This document shows, in pieces, positions 47,800 through 59,820 of a stretch of DNA of 64,000 bases (positions are counted from its first letter, which is position 1; each line of letters starts with the position of its first letter). Location of the stretch: contig MU008151.1 of the NCBI GenBank assembly GCA_010909165.1, positions 992,001-1,056,000 on the forward strand, in the 5' to 3' direction. The notes below the pieces were generated by a model, which was not told the origin of the DNA, searched no databases, and saw nothing but the letters and a program-made list of their open reading frames with translations. The DNA comes from Anthoceros angustus (taxonomy: Eukaryota; Plantae; Anthocerotophyta). Both the position numbers and the translations under genes were made by a program.

Positions 47800-50700
47800 C
47801 ATGGCTATGGAGGAGGTGGTAGCACTAGTACCATCATTAACAATACCACAAAATTGACTTCAAAGACCGAGATCGGTTTAATGGAACCGACACCCACTGG
47901 GAGATGCGGATTACTTCTGGAGGAGCATGACCTAATGGATATGGTCCTTGGAAAAGTAGCCAAGCCGATTGATGTTGATAAGTCACCGTCTGAACAAACA
48001 GGATAAGCGAGCCGAAGTATTATACTTTCCGACCGGACAAGAATATGATTCAAAGATACCCAAGGCCAAGCTACATCACCAAGTATGGAAGGTTTTCACG
48101 GACCTATTCGCAGCTAAGGACTCCATGTCCTTAGTTAATGCAACTAGATTACTATACGCCTCCGTATGAAAGATACACAAGATTGAGCATCATGTGCATA
48201 AATTCCGCACCTTGAGAGCCAAGCTCGCCTCTTGTGGCTGTGGACTCAACGAACCATGAGTTGCTCTTTAACGCCACTTCCACCCAGCTATAGGGCTTTT
48301 GTCAAGACGCAGACTTCCATCACTGTGCAAGGTGTGTGCAACAACAAGGCACAATTGTTGGAGCCCCGCTTGAGGAGGAGTCAAGGCAGATGGACGTGAA
48401 GTGACGTACTCAACATCACAACTCGCAAGTTCTTTTTACCTGTGGGACGTGGGCGAGGTCGAGGTCCTTATAGGCCACCTTTCCAATCCAGAGACCCTAC
48501 ACTTCACCCTCCTTTCCATGATGCAGCGAAAGGTTAAAGGTACATGTCACCGTGTCGAATACCGTGACATTTTGAGCATGAGTGTAGAAAAAGCTGGGGG
48601 AACCCAGCGAAGCTCCTCTTGGAGGAGAATCACACCTAGTGACTCGTGGACAAACAAGCACCCACAACGTGTTAAGTCTCCAACCATTTTGGCGGTGCCT
48701 ATCCTTAACACAAGCGATAGTGACATGTGGTTTCTCGATTCGCAACAAACCACATATGCCAACCGCGAGAAGTTCATCACTTACACGCCACTCTGTCTAG
48801 TCAAGCCGCCGGCGATGATGTGGTTTGGCCGTAGGTGCTTAGGAGAAGTCCTGTACTCGGAGGAGACAAAGAGATACATCTTGTGAACGTACTCCATGTA
48901 CCTAAAGATGACTAAGAACTTGCTATCTATAATGAAAGCTTATTTCGACCATGAGCTACAAGTAGTTTTACACCTCGTGCATGGTTACATCAAGATATGA
49001 TACATCCCTCCTACTTGCAACGGAGTGGTATATCATGACCTATATAGGTTTGAGGCGATCTTCAGCCCGCTCATTAGTTATTGACGATTGATGTGGATAA
49101 GACTTTGCTCGCACCGCCGCATGTGTCACCCTCAAAGATCACCTACATACGATGACGGTTGGTAAGCCAACTATATAAAGATGCTTTAACATTTAAAGTT
49201 ACCGATCACCTTTTCGTGAGAACTGTCAAGTAGGGAAGATGGCTTTCATATAATGACCCCGAGCCTACAAAAGCAGGCCTTCTCGATATGGTCCATTCGA
49301 TATATGTGGACCCATGTCCACGAGCTCTTTGGTGGAGCTATCTATTTTTAACCTTCGGATGAATGGAGTCACTTTTGCACCTTATATTTCTGCATGGCGG
49401 ACACCAAACATATGACAAGTTTGTAGAATACGTGCACATGGTCAAACACAAACGGAAAAACACTAAAGAGATTGTGGGTGACAATGCACCGAGTACCTCA
49501 CCATGTTTTGTCCTTCCTGAGAAAGGAATCATCCACCAACTTATGCCATACCACCGCACAAAACTCTTTCGCAACGTTACAACCGCACGTTAGGAAAGAT
49601 GCGGGGCTACACTCTCAAGGCCCCGACAGGATACCGGGTCAAGCTATTACCTGTAAACTATGTTCATAATAGATCGCCAAAGAAAGCCCTTATTTGATCA
49701 CACACCTTTGAGAGATGGCATACTTCTAAACCTCGAATCACCATCTTCGTATTTTCTTCTGGCATATGCTTATGTACCGACAAGAGAGGAAAGATGGATA
49801 ATCGGGCAACCAAGCACATTTTGTCGGCTATTCGACACTTCCAAAGGTTATAGGCTCTACAACCCTTACACTAAGCAACTTACCTTGGCCCGTAGTGTTA
49901 GCTTCAATGAGAGTTTTATTCAATGCACATCTCCTCCTCCACTAGCCATGAGCCTCTTCCACAACCTTCCTTGTATGGCCACCTTCCATTAGATCACCCA
50001 TTGATAATACAATCGATTTCGATCGATATGGTTGAATTCTTACCGATCTTACACCCCAAACCACACCGAGGGGCTTGTCCCCATTCTAGCACTGTCAATG
50101 ATCTTGTTAGATGCGCACAGATAATTTAGTGGATGAATTAGACCAACCACACAATATTTTAGTGGACGATTTAGACCAACCCGCAGACTTACCAGATCCA
50201 CCGCTGACTTACCAGATCTTTGACTTACCATTAGAGGCTCTGTGACACCTTTGAGAAGATCAGCCAGTCACATCGCCTCGTGAAGAGTGGCTTAATCCAC
50301 CTTATTCACTGGTGATACTTTTACCTATCAATCACGGATCATGTAGCACAACCTCGTGAGTCTCTCGACTTTGCTTATGCGAAGAGATCTTCGCCCTAGA
50401 TCCCCAAACACCACTCACCTATCAAGAGGCATTGTCCGTCCTCAAAAGGCGTAATGGCGTAAAGCTATTGATTCGTAATATACGCCTTATATCAAACAAG
50501 ACATGGAGAGTTGGTAACCTTACCACGGATCGAAAACCCATCACATCCAAATGGGTTTTCAAATTGAAGCTCCATCCAGACGGTCAAGAGTCCGCTATAA
50601 GGCGTTAGTGGCGAGGCTACACTGTGTCCATGGTCCGGATTACAGACCTTTAGCCCGCTTGTAAAGCCAACGCCTATGCGTATATTACCGCTATGTCAAA

Positions 50701-51840
50701 CATAAGTTAATTGTCCATCAAATGGACGTGAAGACCGCATTTTTAAATGGAGATCTTACTGAGGTGATTTTTATGAACCAGCCTGAGGGCTATATTGTCG
50801 ATCACACCAAGGTATGTAGACTCCTGAAATCCCTGTATGGATTAAAACAGACAGCACGCCTATGGAATTCATGTGCTGATAAGAAACTACGCAAGCTGGG
50901 TTTTGTACCTCTAGGCCGCGGCCTATGTCCTCAAGAAGACCAATCGATATGCATCATTGCTTTGTATGTTGATGATAATTTCATCTTCGCAAGTGACAAC
51001 GGATCCCGACCTACATCAAGCGAGAACTCTCCTGGAGTGGGACATGACCGATGTCGGACCTTTAAAGTTTGCACTTGCATTCGGGCTTTGCTTTTGATAT
51101 GGGCAAGACTGTATGTATTCATCAATCACATTTTATACCACCTTCTCACTAAATTTAATCATTGGATGTAAACCCGCCTCTACTCCGCTTCCACTAGTGA
51201 CAAGCTATCTATTGAGGACACCCAACTACGATAATGAACGAGCAGCCTATGTCAACTATACCTAAGAGAGGCAATTGGGAGCCTTTTATATTTTAGCTGG
51301 ACTCGTCCATATTTCCCAGTTTCAGATAGTCTCACGCCTCGCAAGAACTCGACAAAAGCATTGGGTCAGTGAAACGATCCTTCGTTATTTGAAAGGGACC
51401 CAACACATGTATTCACAGATTCACAACATGGCAGATTCTTACCTCGTTTTCGATGCCGGTAGGCGGGACATTGATTCTAAGTCTATAGCGACTTATTGTG
51501 TCCTGCAAGGTTCAGCAATCAGTTGGCAATCAAAAAAGTTATCCACTGTGAGTCTCTCCTCAACCGAGGCAGAGTATGGTGCTCTTTCACTTGCTGCCCG
51601 TGAGATCACTTGGGTCTAGACAGTTTCTTGATGGTATTCATCGAGCAACTCGAGCAACCTCATAAACGACAACCAACCGCCTATCACACATACCAACCCC
51701 ATCCCGCATGCGCGATCAAAGCATATTGAGATTCAATTTCATTTTATCCGTCAAGCAGTGGAAATGGGAATCATACAGCTCCAATATGTTCACACCTCAC
51801 CAACATTGCCGACATTCTTACTAAGGGACTCCTAAGATGT
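47800..51840 (+). pseudogene. Copia gag-pol polyprotein (many frameshifts, possibly artefactual)
   Basis: ORF-track pieces 47722-48006, 48401-48886, 49660-49992, 50722-51171 and 51275-51619 carry the motifs listed above. Confidence 0.9.
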
Positions 51841-52420
51841 CACATGATCGCATAGATGCTCCTCGCTTAATGATTCCACCAACACTTATCTTAAAGCGTG
51901 GTGATCCTCCTCCGGATTCAGCTTGATTTTGAGCCCTACGATGCGGCATTGGGCCATCCTCCATTTTCAGTTCCTATGTGTGACGACAGATCGCTTTGGG
52001 AGCCCTAGCGCAAATCACTACACCGTTAATCCTGGATGAATCAACACTCAAGCAAAGGTTAGCGATCGTGATCACTTACACCTAGCGCAATACAGAAGTT
52101 CGCGTTACTCTCTCGCCATTCTTAAGCCGCAGCAGGCGCCTTCGCGCATTTCCTTCCTCACCTTTTTTGGGAACTCATCGCGCTTATCTCTACATCAACT
52201 GTGTTTTGCATCCGCTCGCTTCTACCATGTGATGCGTAATGCCTCGAGGCAGCAGGATCCAAATAGCAGTATGATCGCAATCGCGAGCTCTAACAGTGAG
52301 CCGTGATCGACCGTATGATCGCTTTTTGCAAGCCGTGAGCACTTTATCAAGACGGGCGCGCACTCTACCGGACCTCGTGGATTACGATCCAAAACGCTTT
52401 TGAGTTAGGTCCGAGGGGCG

Positions 52421-52623
52421 ATTGGATAATATGGTTTGGTTTCATACCTAACTCTAGTTAAGAGTATCATTTGATTAGTTAACTAGGATTACTTTAGAAA
52501 ACGGTTACACTTCTTCTTATGTACCTTTTGATCGATTCACGATGACATTCTCTTCCGCACACGAGCCCTCAAGATCTCGTCCTTATGCTCAATCTATGAT
52601 GTCCAGATGATGCCCATATCACA
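52421..52623 (+). repeat. Copia 3' LTR
   Basis: ATTGGATAATATGG...GCCCATATCACA, preceded by GAGGGGCG. Confidence 0.93.
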
Positions 52624-54750
52624 ACTGGATTTAATTTGTTGAGCGCTTGAGCAGCTTGACATTTGCAAACCAGAAGTGGGCCATGCACAGAGATTCAACT
52701 GCTCTATGGAGTTCTTCGGGAGGTCCAAAGAAAGTGGTACAACGCGAGTACCTCAAGTCATCCACACCCCAACCACCTTTTGAAGAATTGAAGAATGCCT
52801 CGTGAGAGGTTTAGGGGATTGACATGGAGGGTTATGTGTTGTCCAAGCTTGAGAGGTTGCAAAGAGAGAGGAAGGAAACCTTGCAAGCGATGTTGAGAGG
52901 TTTCACCGTGATCGTAGTGGTCCTCATTCGAGTTGCAATACGGTGGTTCGCTAAAGGCCCGGGTTCTAAGATGGGGAGACACGTAAGGTGGCAAGCGAGA
53001 AGAATTTGGGCAAGGCTATCAAGGCGCATTAAATTACGAGGAATCTAACTCAGGAGATGAAGAAGTTGAGGAGAAGAAGAAGAAGGACAGGAAGAAGTCC
53101 AAAACGGGAAAAAGAAAGGGATTCCTCATCGCCCTGGAGAAAGTTCCTCAGAGAGGAAAGCTCCTCAAGATTCCCGAGGATTCCATGGAGGAAGAAACGA
53201 GTGACAATGGAGGAAGATTCGCCGATGGGGAGCGCTGAGGAAAAAGAAGAAATCAAGGGGTGAAGTGGAAGGAAGAAGAGCTGCAGGGGAACAAAGAGTC
53301 AGGGCGAAACAAGAGGCGTTGTATGCAAAAAAAGTTGCGGAGCAAGCAAGGAGGGAGGCTGAGGCGACAACCAAGAAAGTGGAACAACACAGAAGTGGAG
53401 GGCGAGAGGGCCAAACCCAATTCGAAGAGGGGGAAGGGAGACGAGATGGCCTCGAATGAGAAGGGGGGAAAGAGCTTCACAAAACTGACGCATCTGGAAA
53501 TTTGTGAGTATCTGGGCACTGGCCAAATTCCTCAAAACCTCTCTAAGGTACAAGAATAAGGCCCATTACTCGCGACCGCTCAGAAGACACAAGACCAAGT
53601 TATATCGAATGGGACCGGACGGTAACAAACGGTTATGGGTGACGACGAAAGGTGTGGATGGGTCCGCTCGGTCCCGGAGGTTTTCCACAATGGTTCCATC
53701 CACAGATTTGAATGGTCGCTTTGCCAACCGAGTTGGTTGGCGAGTTGAAAAGTATTATCAATAAGTTGGCGAGGACGCCAACAAATGAGAAGGGGAGTAT
53801 GTGGAAGACCACATGTACACTAACCTCCCCTCGACTATTGGTTTGAATGTTTTTTTGTTTTTCTTATGTTTTGTGTGATGGAGTGCTTAGGAAATGTCCG
53901 AGGCAAGGCCTTTATATTAAAATGGTCCTTGGCCCATGACAATATTACTTTTACAAATAATTAGTCCTTGGGCCTCGAACTGGAATATCGCTGCTAGAAG
54001 GTCCTTGGACCTTGGGATTTTAGGAATAAAATTGTCTATATAAGGTGGGGATCCTTCATTCAAAGAACAGGGCCTGTGAACAAGTGGAGACGCCTGCACC
54101 TCCGGAGAAGTTCGTGAAGCTGAGAGGTATAAGCGGAGAGAGGTGAGGCTAGGGCCGTGGTCAAGAGAGGCAAAACCAAGAAGGGTAGAGCAAGCCACCG
54201 TGGTCAAGAGAGGCAAAGGCCTGATTATTGGGGCCACCACGGTGGTGGAGCCACCACCGTCATGGGCAGCCCACCACGGTGGTGGAGCCGCCATCGTCGC
54301 GGAAGAAGGACCCAAGGTGGGGAAGCCACCGTGAGCGTCAGAGGAGGGGATGCAACCTCGTGTTCCGTGAAGCAACCACTGGATTGTCCATGGAGCCGGC
54401 ATACCCTTCACAAAGTTGTGCTCGAGGAAATGAGCAAGGCGGAGGCTAGAGCATGGATGGAGGAACGCACGCTTGGCTGATGAGGAGCGAGGAAACGCGC
54501 AGGGGCGAGAGGACGGCGCCTCCTAGGAGGAGTGAAGGGACCCTGATAGCGGAGTGAGGTGGAGATATTAAGGGAGGATCTTCTGATGAGGCGTGGTAGG
54601 AGAGCGAGGGAACACCCATGGGCCGGTGGCTAGGCGCACAGGAGGCGCGCTGATTTTAGAGGGGAGCATCATAGGTCGAGGCTTTCACTTGGATTAGAGG
54701 ATAAGGTGCTAGGAAGCTTGTGAACCTAGATTCCCGAATTGGTAGGCGCT

Positions 54751-54853
54751 GGTAGGTTAGCCATCTTTAGACATTGGAGGTAGGTTAGCCATCTTTAGAC
54801 ATTGGAGGTTAGCCATCTTTAGACAGGAGGTAGGTTAGCCATCTTAGACACTG
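54751..54853. repeat. ~28-bp tandem repeat, 4 units
   Basis: GGTAGGTTAGCCATCTTTAGACATTGGA units, one shortened. Confidence 0.85.
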
Positions 54854-57620
54854 GAAAGTGAGCTATGGCGGGCGGCTGATGTACAAGAGACCCTTCGCTC
54901 TCTAGACAATTTCGTGTGAGCTCCGTGTCGACCCAGCGCGTGGTTGGTTGGAGACATCCGATCGATGTGGTGTGGAATGCAAAAGTTCGGGCAATCGGTT
55001 TAAGTGAGTTGTTTTGAACAGTCCGAATTCTTTTGATAGAAATGGTTTGGTGGAAACATCACGAAATGTTTTGTTCGATTGAAGGTGGTAGGATCTTTGT
55101 CGGGAAGGCAGAGAGGATACTTAGGGAAAAGAAAGCATCGAAATGACCTTCTAGTGAGGAGGGTAGGAGACATATGTGAGCGGTGGAGATGTCCCACCAC
55201 GGTGGTGGAGGTATCCTACCACCGTAGGAGAAACTCCTACCACGGTAGGCTAAGTGGAGAACTCCTACCACCGTAGGTATGGGTAGGAGAATGTCCCTGC
55301 TTGTGGTGGCCTAGCTAGCGTTTTGATGACCCTCTGGCGTGGGGTAGCTCCTACCACGGTAGGAAAAGGGTGAAGGCAATTAAGCCAAGGAAGTAGCTTG
55401 AGGTTCTTTGCTGGCAGTTGATAGGCTTGCAGGCAAAGGCCTGATTATTGGGGCCACCACCTAGTTTAAGGGAAGGCAAGTAATTTGCCACATGTGTGGA
55501 AGAAGTGAGACATGGCGGTGCTCACGTTGCTGAGATTTTGCGATGAGGAGGGCGCTAGGTAGAGATGTGTGGCAAGGGTTGCTGCGGGAAGATGGGCCAA
55601 GTGCCCGTAATGGTGGGAGTGTGCGGATGCTGCGGGGCTCTAGGTTGGGAGCTCAGCATGCGAGAGAGGAGTAGCAATCGGTGCAAGGATGGGAGCGAGG
55701 AGCTCATGTTGAGGGTGAGCAGCCACAAGGGTTGCAAGAGGAGGCCATGGCGGTGCCGAGGCACATGGAAGTGCTCTCAATGGAGTCACGATGTGAGGAT
55801 GGCCGTGTGTTGAACTAGGAAAGGCCGTGGTAGAGCACTCACGGCAGGCTGAATTTGTAGCTGGGCTGCAAGATGGAGGTGTGGCCAAACCATAGGAAGG
55901 CAGTGTTGCAGGTGGGCTGCAACATGGTGAAGGGATCACAACGGGGTGTGCATCATGGCCAATTTGCGGTGGGGCTGCAAGTCAAAGTGAAGGGAGGCCG
56001 TTGTGGTGGCCGCGAGGAGAAATGGGTAGCAAGGAGGTTTGATACGAGATGTTGTTGAGGCGTGAGGAGTTCACCGGGGAATAAGTGCAGTTTATTCAAG
56101 TTTAGTGTTATGCATAAGCTAATTGGGTGTGTTGGACAATGAAGTGTAAGAACTCCAGAGTTAAGCGTTCTGGGGGTGGATCAATACCGGGATGGGGCAC
56201 CTTTTGTGTGGGGTGTTTCAGCTTGTTATATTTGCAGAAGTCACATGAGAGCTAATTGGGAGAGTGTTTGAGGGGTGCACCCTACGCGAGAGTGTTTGAG
56301 GGGTGCACCCTACGCGAAGGAGGTGTAGAGTGGTAGTGGACGTAGTGCGTGGTCAGCGGGCCTCGTCTGGGGCCTCGCCAGTGGTTTTTTCGGGGCCAAA
56401 AGGGTAAAAGCAGAGAGAATTTTCAATTGGTAAAATTTTTCTGAATAAGGTGGAAATTGTAACAATAGAGTAGAAAGCATAGACTGATGGATGGAAACAT
56501 TTTACCATCCAAGTCAAAACTAGAATAGGAGGGTAAAGAATGGATCAACCAAGTGAATATAGAGTAAAAACGAGATCGATGAATGGAAACATTTTACCAT
56601 CCAAATCAAAACTAGAACAAGAGGTAAAGAATGATCACCAAGTGAATAGCAAGTGCAGCTGAAATACCATGGTAGATTGTAATCTATGTGGAGGCCTAGT
56701 AATTCCAACACAATCGCTAACTGGCAAGAAACATCTTCATTATACCATTCATGCGGATCCGGGATATACAAAAACCAACAAAGAAATATCATCTTTGCAA
56801 AGTTTCGTATATCCGTAATTGCATGAATTCAAAATAACAGAAAATAGAGAAAATACCAGAATAGTTGATCCTCCTTATTCAAATTACAAATCTACATATA
56901 CAAAGTAAAATTAGGCTTGTAACCAATTAGATGATTCGGAATAGAAAAGAAAAAGTTCATTAGAAAAGATTCCCACCTTATTTTGGAAAATTGATACAAT
57001 TGTAGAGATTGAAGACATAGTTTCCAAGACCACTTGGTTTAACCGGGCAACTTGTCCAACATTATCATAGTTTGCCGGTTGATGAACTGGGGCTTTGGAG
57101 AAATTCTTCATCTTCACGAAAGTTGAGAACCTAATCAAACATTACCGTCTTAGTCTACTAAAGTAAAATTAGCGATCAAAATCAAGGGAACAATTAAATC
57201 AACTTACTTTATATGGTTTTCCATGGATGGAAGTGGAGGCGCTGGAGTGGTAACATTGTCAATAGTTTGCTTCACGCTTTCCCACGCAATCTTCGTGATT
57301 TCTGCTCACTGCTTGAGTTTTTCTGCTTGAAATACTCTTGCCTCCTTTCGACATTTTTCTCCTTTGGATCTCCAAAGCTTTCTCTTGAAACTCGGTTGTA
57401 CTTTTTGCCTGCTCAATCAATGATTCTAAACTGCTTGCCGTTGAAATTCCCTTTCTCGATTCTCCTGTCATTCTCCCTTTCTCGGGTAATCTCAAGACGC
57501 TCAAACTGCTTGAACCACCCTTCTCAACCCCATGCCGCTCTACCATATCCAAAGCTATAGGCGGTCTCCACAATCCTTCCTGTTGCACTTCGTCAAGTCT
57601 CACCACAATGACTTGGCACA

Positions 57621-59035
57621 GGCCTCCAATCGAGGAGGCATCACCTCCACCACACTCGGGCACCATCAATGTTGAAATGAGGAACCAAATGCTCACAAAC
57701 TAGTGGTGGGGCTAATACTCAAAGAAACATAGAATCATAAACACAATAAGAGAATGAAGGATGAAACTTAAACCACCTTTACACTTAACCTTTTCAACAT
57801 GTCGATGTTGAATACACCCAGTAGTTGGTCTGCTGTTGTCAATCTGAAGATCTTTAACACTACTTTCTGGCACTTGGACAGCTTCCAAAGCTTCACAATG
57901 CTGGAACTGCAAACAACAACAAACATTGTATGAAATATTGGGTGCAAACCAGCAAGGAGAACCAAAATACAACAGCAAGATACTAACCGGTCCAGGTCTT
58001 GACAAAAGGGGCCTGCTTTCATGGTGGATAGCAAGGGTGGTAACTTAAACACTGGCAACAAAAAGCAACAAAAAGAGTCAAATACCAATCAGCAAAAGAA
58101 GAAAAGAAACAAACCTTCGACACCAAAACGACTCATAAAATGCTTACAGTGCCTCCAAGCGAGGAGGCATCACCTCCACCACACTCGTGGCACCATCAAT
58201 GTTGAAATGAGGAACCAAATGCTCAAACTAGTGGTGGGGCTAATACCGCCACAAACATAGAATCGACAAACACAATAAGAGAATGAAGGATGAAACTTAA
58301 ACCACCTTTACACTTAACCTTTTCAACATGTCGATGTTGAATACACCCGAGTTGGTCCGCTGTCAATCAAGATCTTTAACACTACTTTCGCACTTGACTT
58401 CCAAAGCTTCACAATGCTGGAACCGCAAACAACAACAAACATTGTATGAAATATTGGGTGCAAACCAGAAGGAGAACCAAAATACAACAGAAGATACTAA
58501 CCGGTCCAGGTCGATAAAAGGGGCCCTGCTTTCATGGTGGATAGCAAGGGTGGTAACAATGGCAACACCGCAACAAAAAGCAACAAAAAGAGTCAAATAC
58601 CAATCAGCAAAAGAAGAAAAGAAACAAACCTTCGACACCAAAACGACTCATGGAATGCTTACGGGCCTCCAATCGAGGAGAGGCATCACCTCCACCACAC
58701 TCGGGCACCATCAATGTTGAATGAGGACCAAATGCTCACAAACTAGTGGTACACAAGATCTTTAGTGGTGGGGCTAATACCGCCAAAGAAACATAGAATC
58801 AGACAAACACAATAAGAGAATGAAGGATAAAACTTAAACCACCTTTACACTTAACCTTTACTTACCGGTCCAGTGCTGACAAAAGGGGCCCTGCTTTCAT
58901 GGTGGATAGCAGGGATGGTAACAGTTGGCAACACCTGGCAACAAAAAGCAACAAAAAAGAATCAAATACCAATCAGCAAAAGATTAAAAGAAACAAACCT
59001 TCAGAAACCAAAACGACTCATGGAATGCTTACGTT
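57621..59035. repeat. ~520-bp tandem repeat, 2 full units plus 1 internally deleted unit
   Basis: GCCTCCAA.CGAGGAGGCATCACCTCCACCACACTCG starts at ~57621, 58151 and 58663. Confidence 0.9.
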
Positions 59036-59820
59036 CTGCTGAACTTGTAGGCAACATTGAGCACAAGCCTATGCACAACAAATTCTTAACATCAGCATCC
59101 TTTACAGAAGTAGAATCATAATCTTCTCCAGGCGAAAATCACTCCCTTCATGATAGAAAATACTTACATCTTCAGGCTGACTGGAAAAAACTATATCTGG
59201 AGTCACATTGACAACAACTGACGGAAGCACACCCCGCAAGTCATCCCGCATCCGATCGAGTTCTTCATTGAGCAACTCATTGTATGATCTTCTTTCACGT
59301 GAACTAGAACCGGCCGCATGCCTGCTTTGCTTGCCCGACGGTCATACACCAAAGTCCACGATCTGTGAGAACACATCATGTCAATAGAAGGCATAAACAA
59401 GTTACGGCATCAACAAATAGATCCTACCTTGAAAATCCAGCATCGCTTTGTGGCTGACGCTCCGCCAAAGATCCGAGGGCACGAGCCATGGTCACCGCGT
59501 AATCATCGTTACACGGCTCTTGTTCGTAATACCCATCAAGACCAGCTTCTCGCCATTGTCTTCATATATTTTGAGAGCATTCCTTTGGATACCCGGAGTT
59601 TTGCATACCAAGCCTACTCACAGAAAATTAAAGTTAGCACGTCCAATGGAACACAAACCTAGAACCCTTATCAAAAGATACTTACATTCAATCTTGGATT
59701 ATCGATGGGAGAATTGAAAAGAAACCCTTGGATAGATATATTCTTGTCATTTGCAGTCCACTTTGGACAATGGTCAATGACGGCTTTAAATGTTGAATAA
59801 CATCCACCTCATAGTTTTTC

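Larger units (their letters stand above)
46725..52623 (+). mobile_element. Ty1/copia LTR retrotransposon, structurally complete (~5.9 kb)
   Basis: Paired ~210-bp LTRs, PBS TGGTATCAGAGCC and a PPT-like GAGGGGCG. Motif order is gag (LLEEHDLMDMVLG), zinc knuckle, protease (WFLDS), integrase (VHSDICGPM-like; GYRLYNP), RT (KWVFKLK, MDVKTAFLNG, LLKSLYGLKQ, LYVDD), RNase H (SWQSKK, SSTEAEY, RSKHIEI.FHFIR). Confidence 0.96.
46212..53560 (+). mobile_element. Ty3/gypsy (Athila/Tat-like) retrotransposon remnant: PBS plus gag, interrupted by a copia element; no pol seen
   Basis: ..CCACA-TTT-TGGCGCCGTCGGGA PBS-like site (46212-46225). The gag motif EDPD (46713-46724) continues after the copia as LFVER(F)EQL, then KWYNA, LSKLERLQRERKETLQ...ERF and IRWF.KG, which fits the retrotransposon gag pattern. 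Confidence 0.65.

Noticed and set aside
59203-59400. Ulp1/C48 protease (H.W and CG-like residues)
   Set aside because: The catalytic spacing is unconvincing, and another frame (ELLNEELDRMRDDLRGVLP) looks more like the real coding frame.
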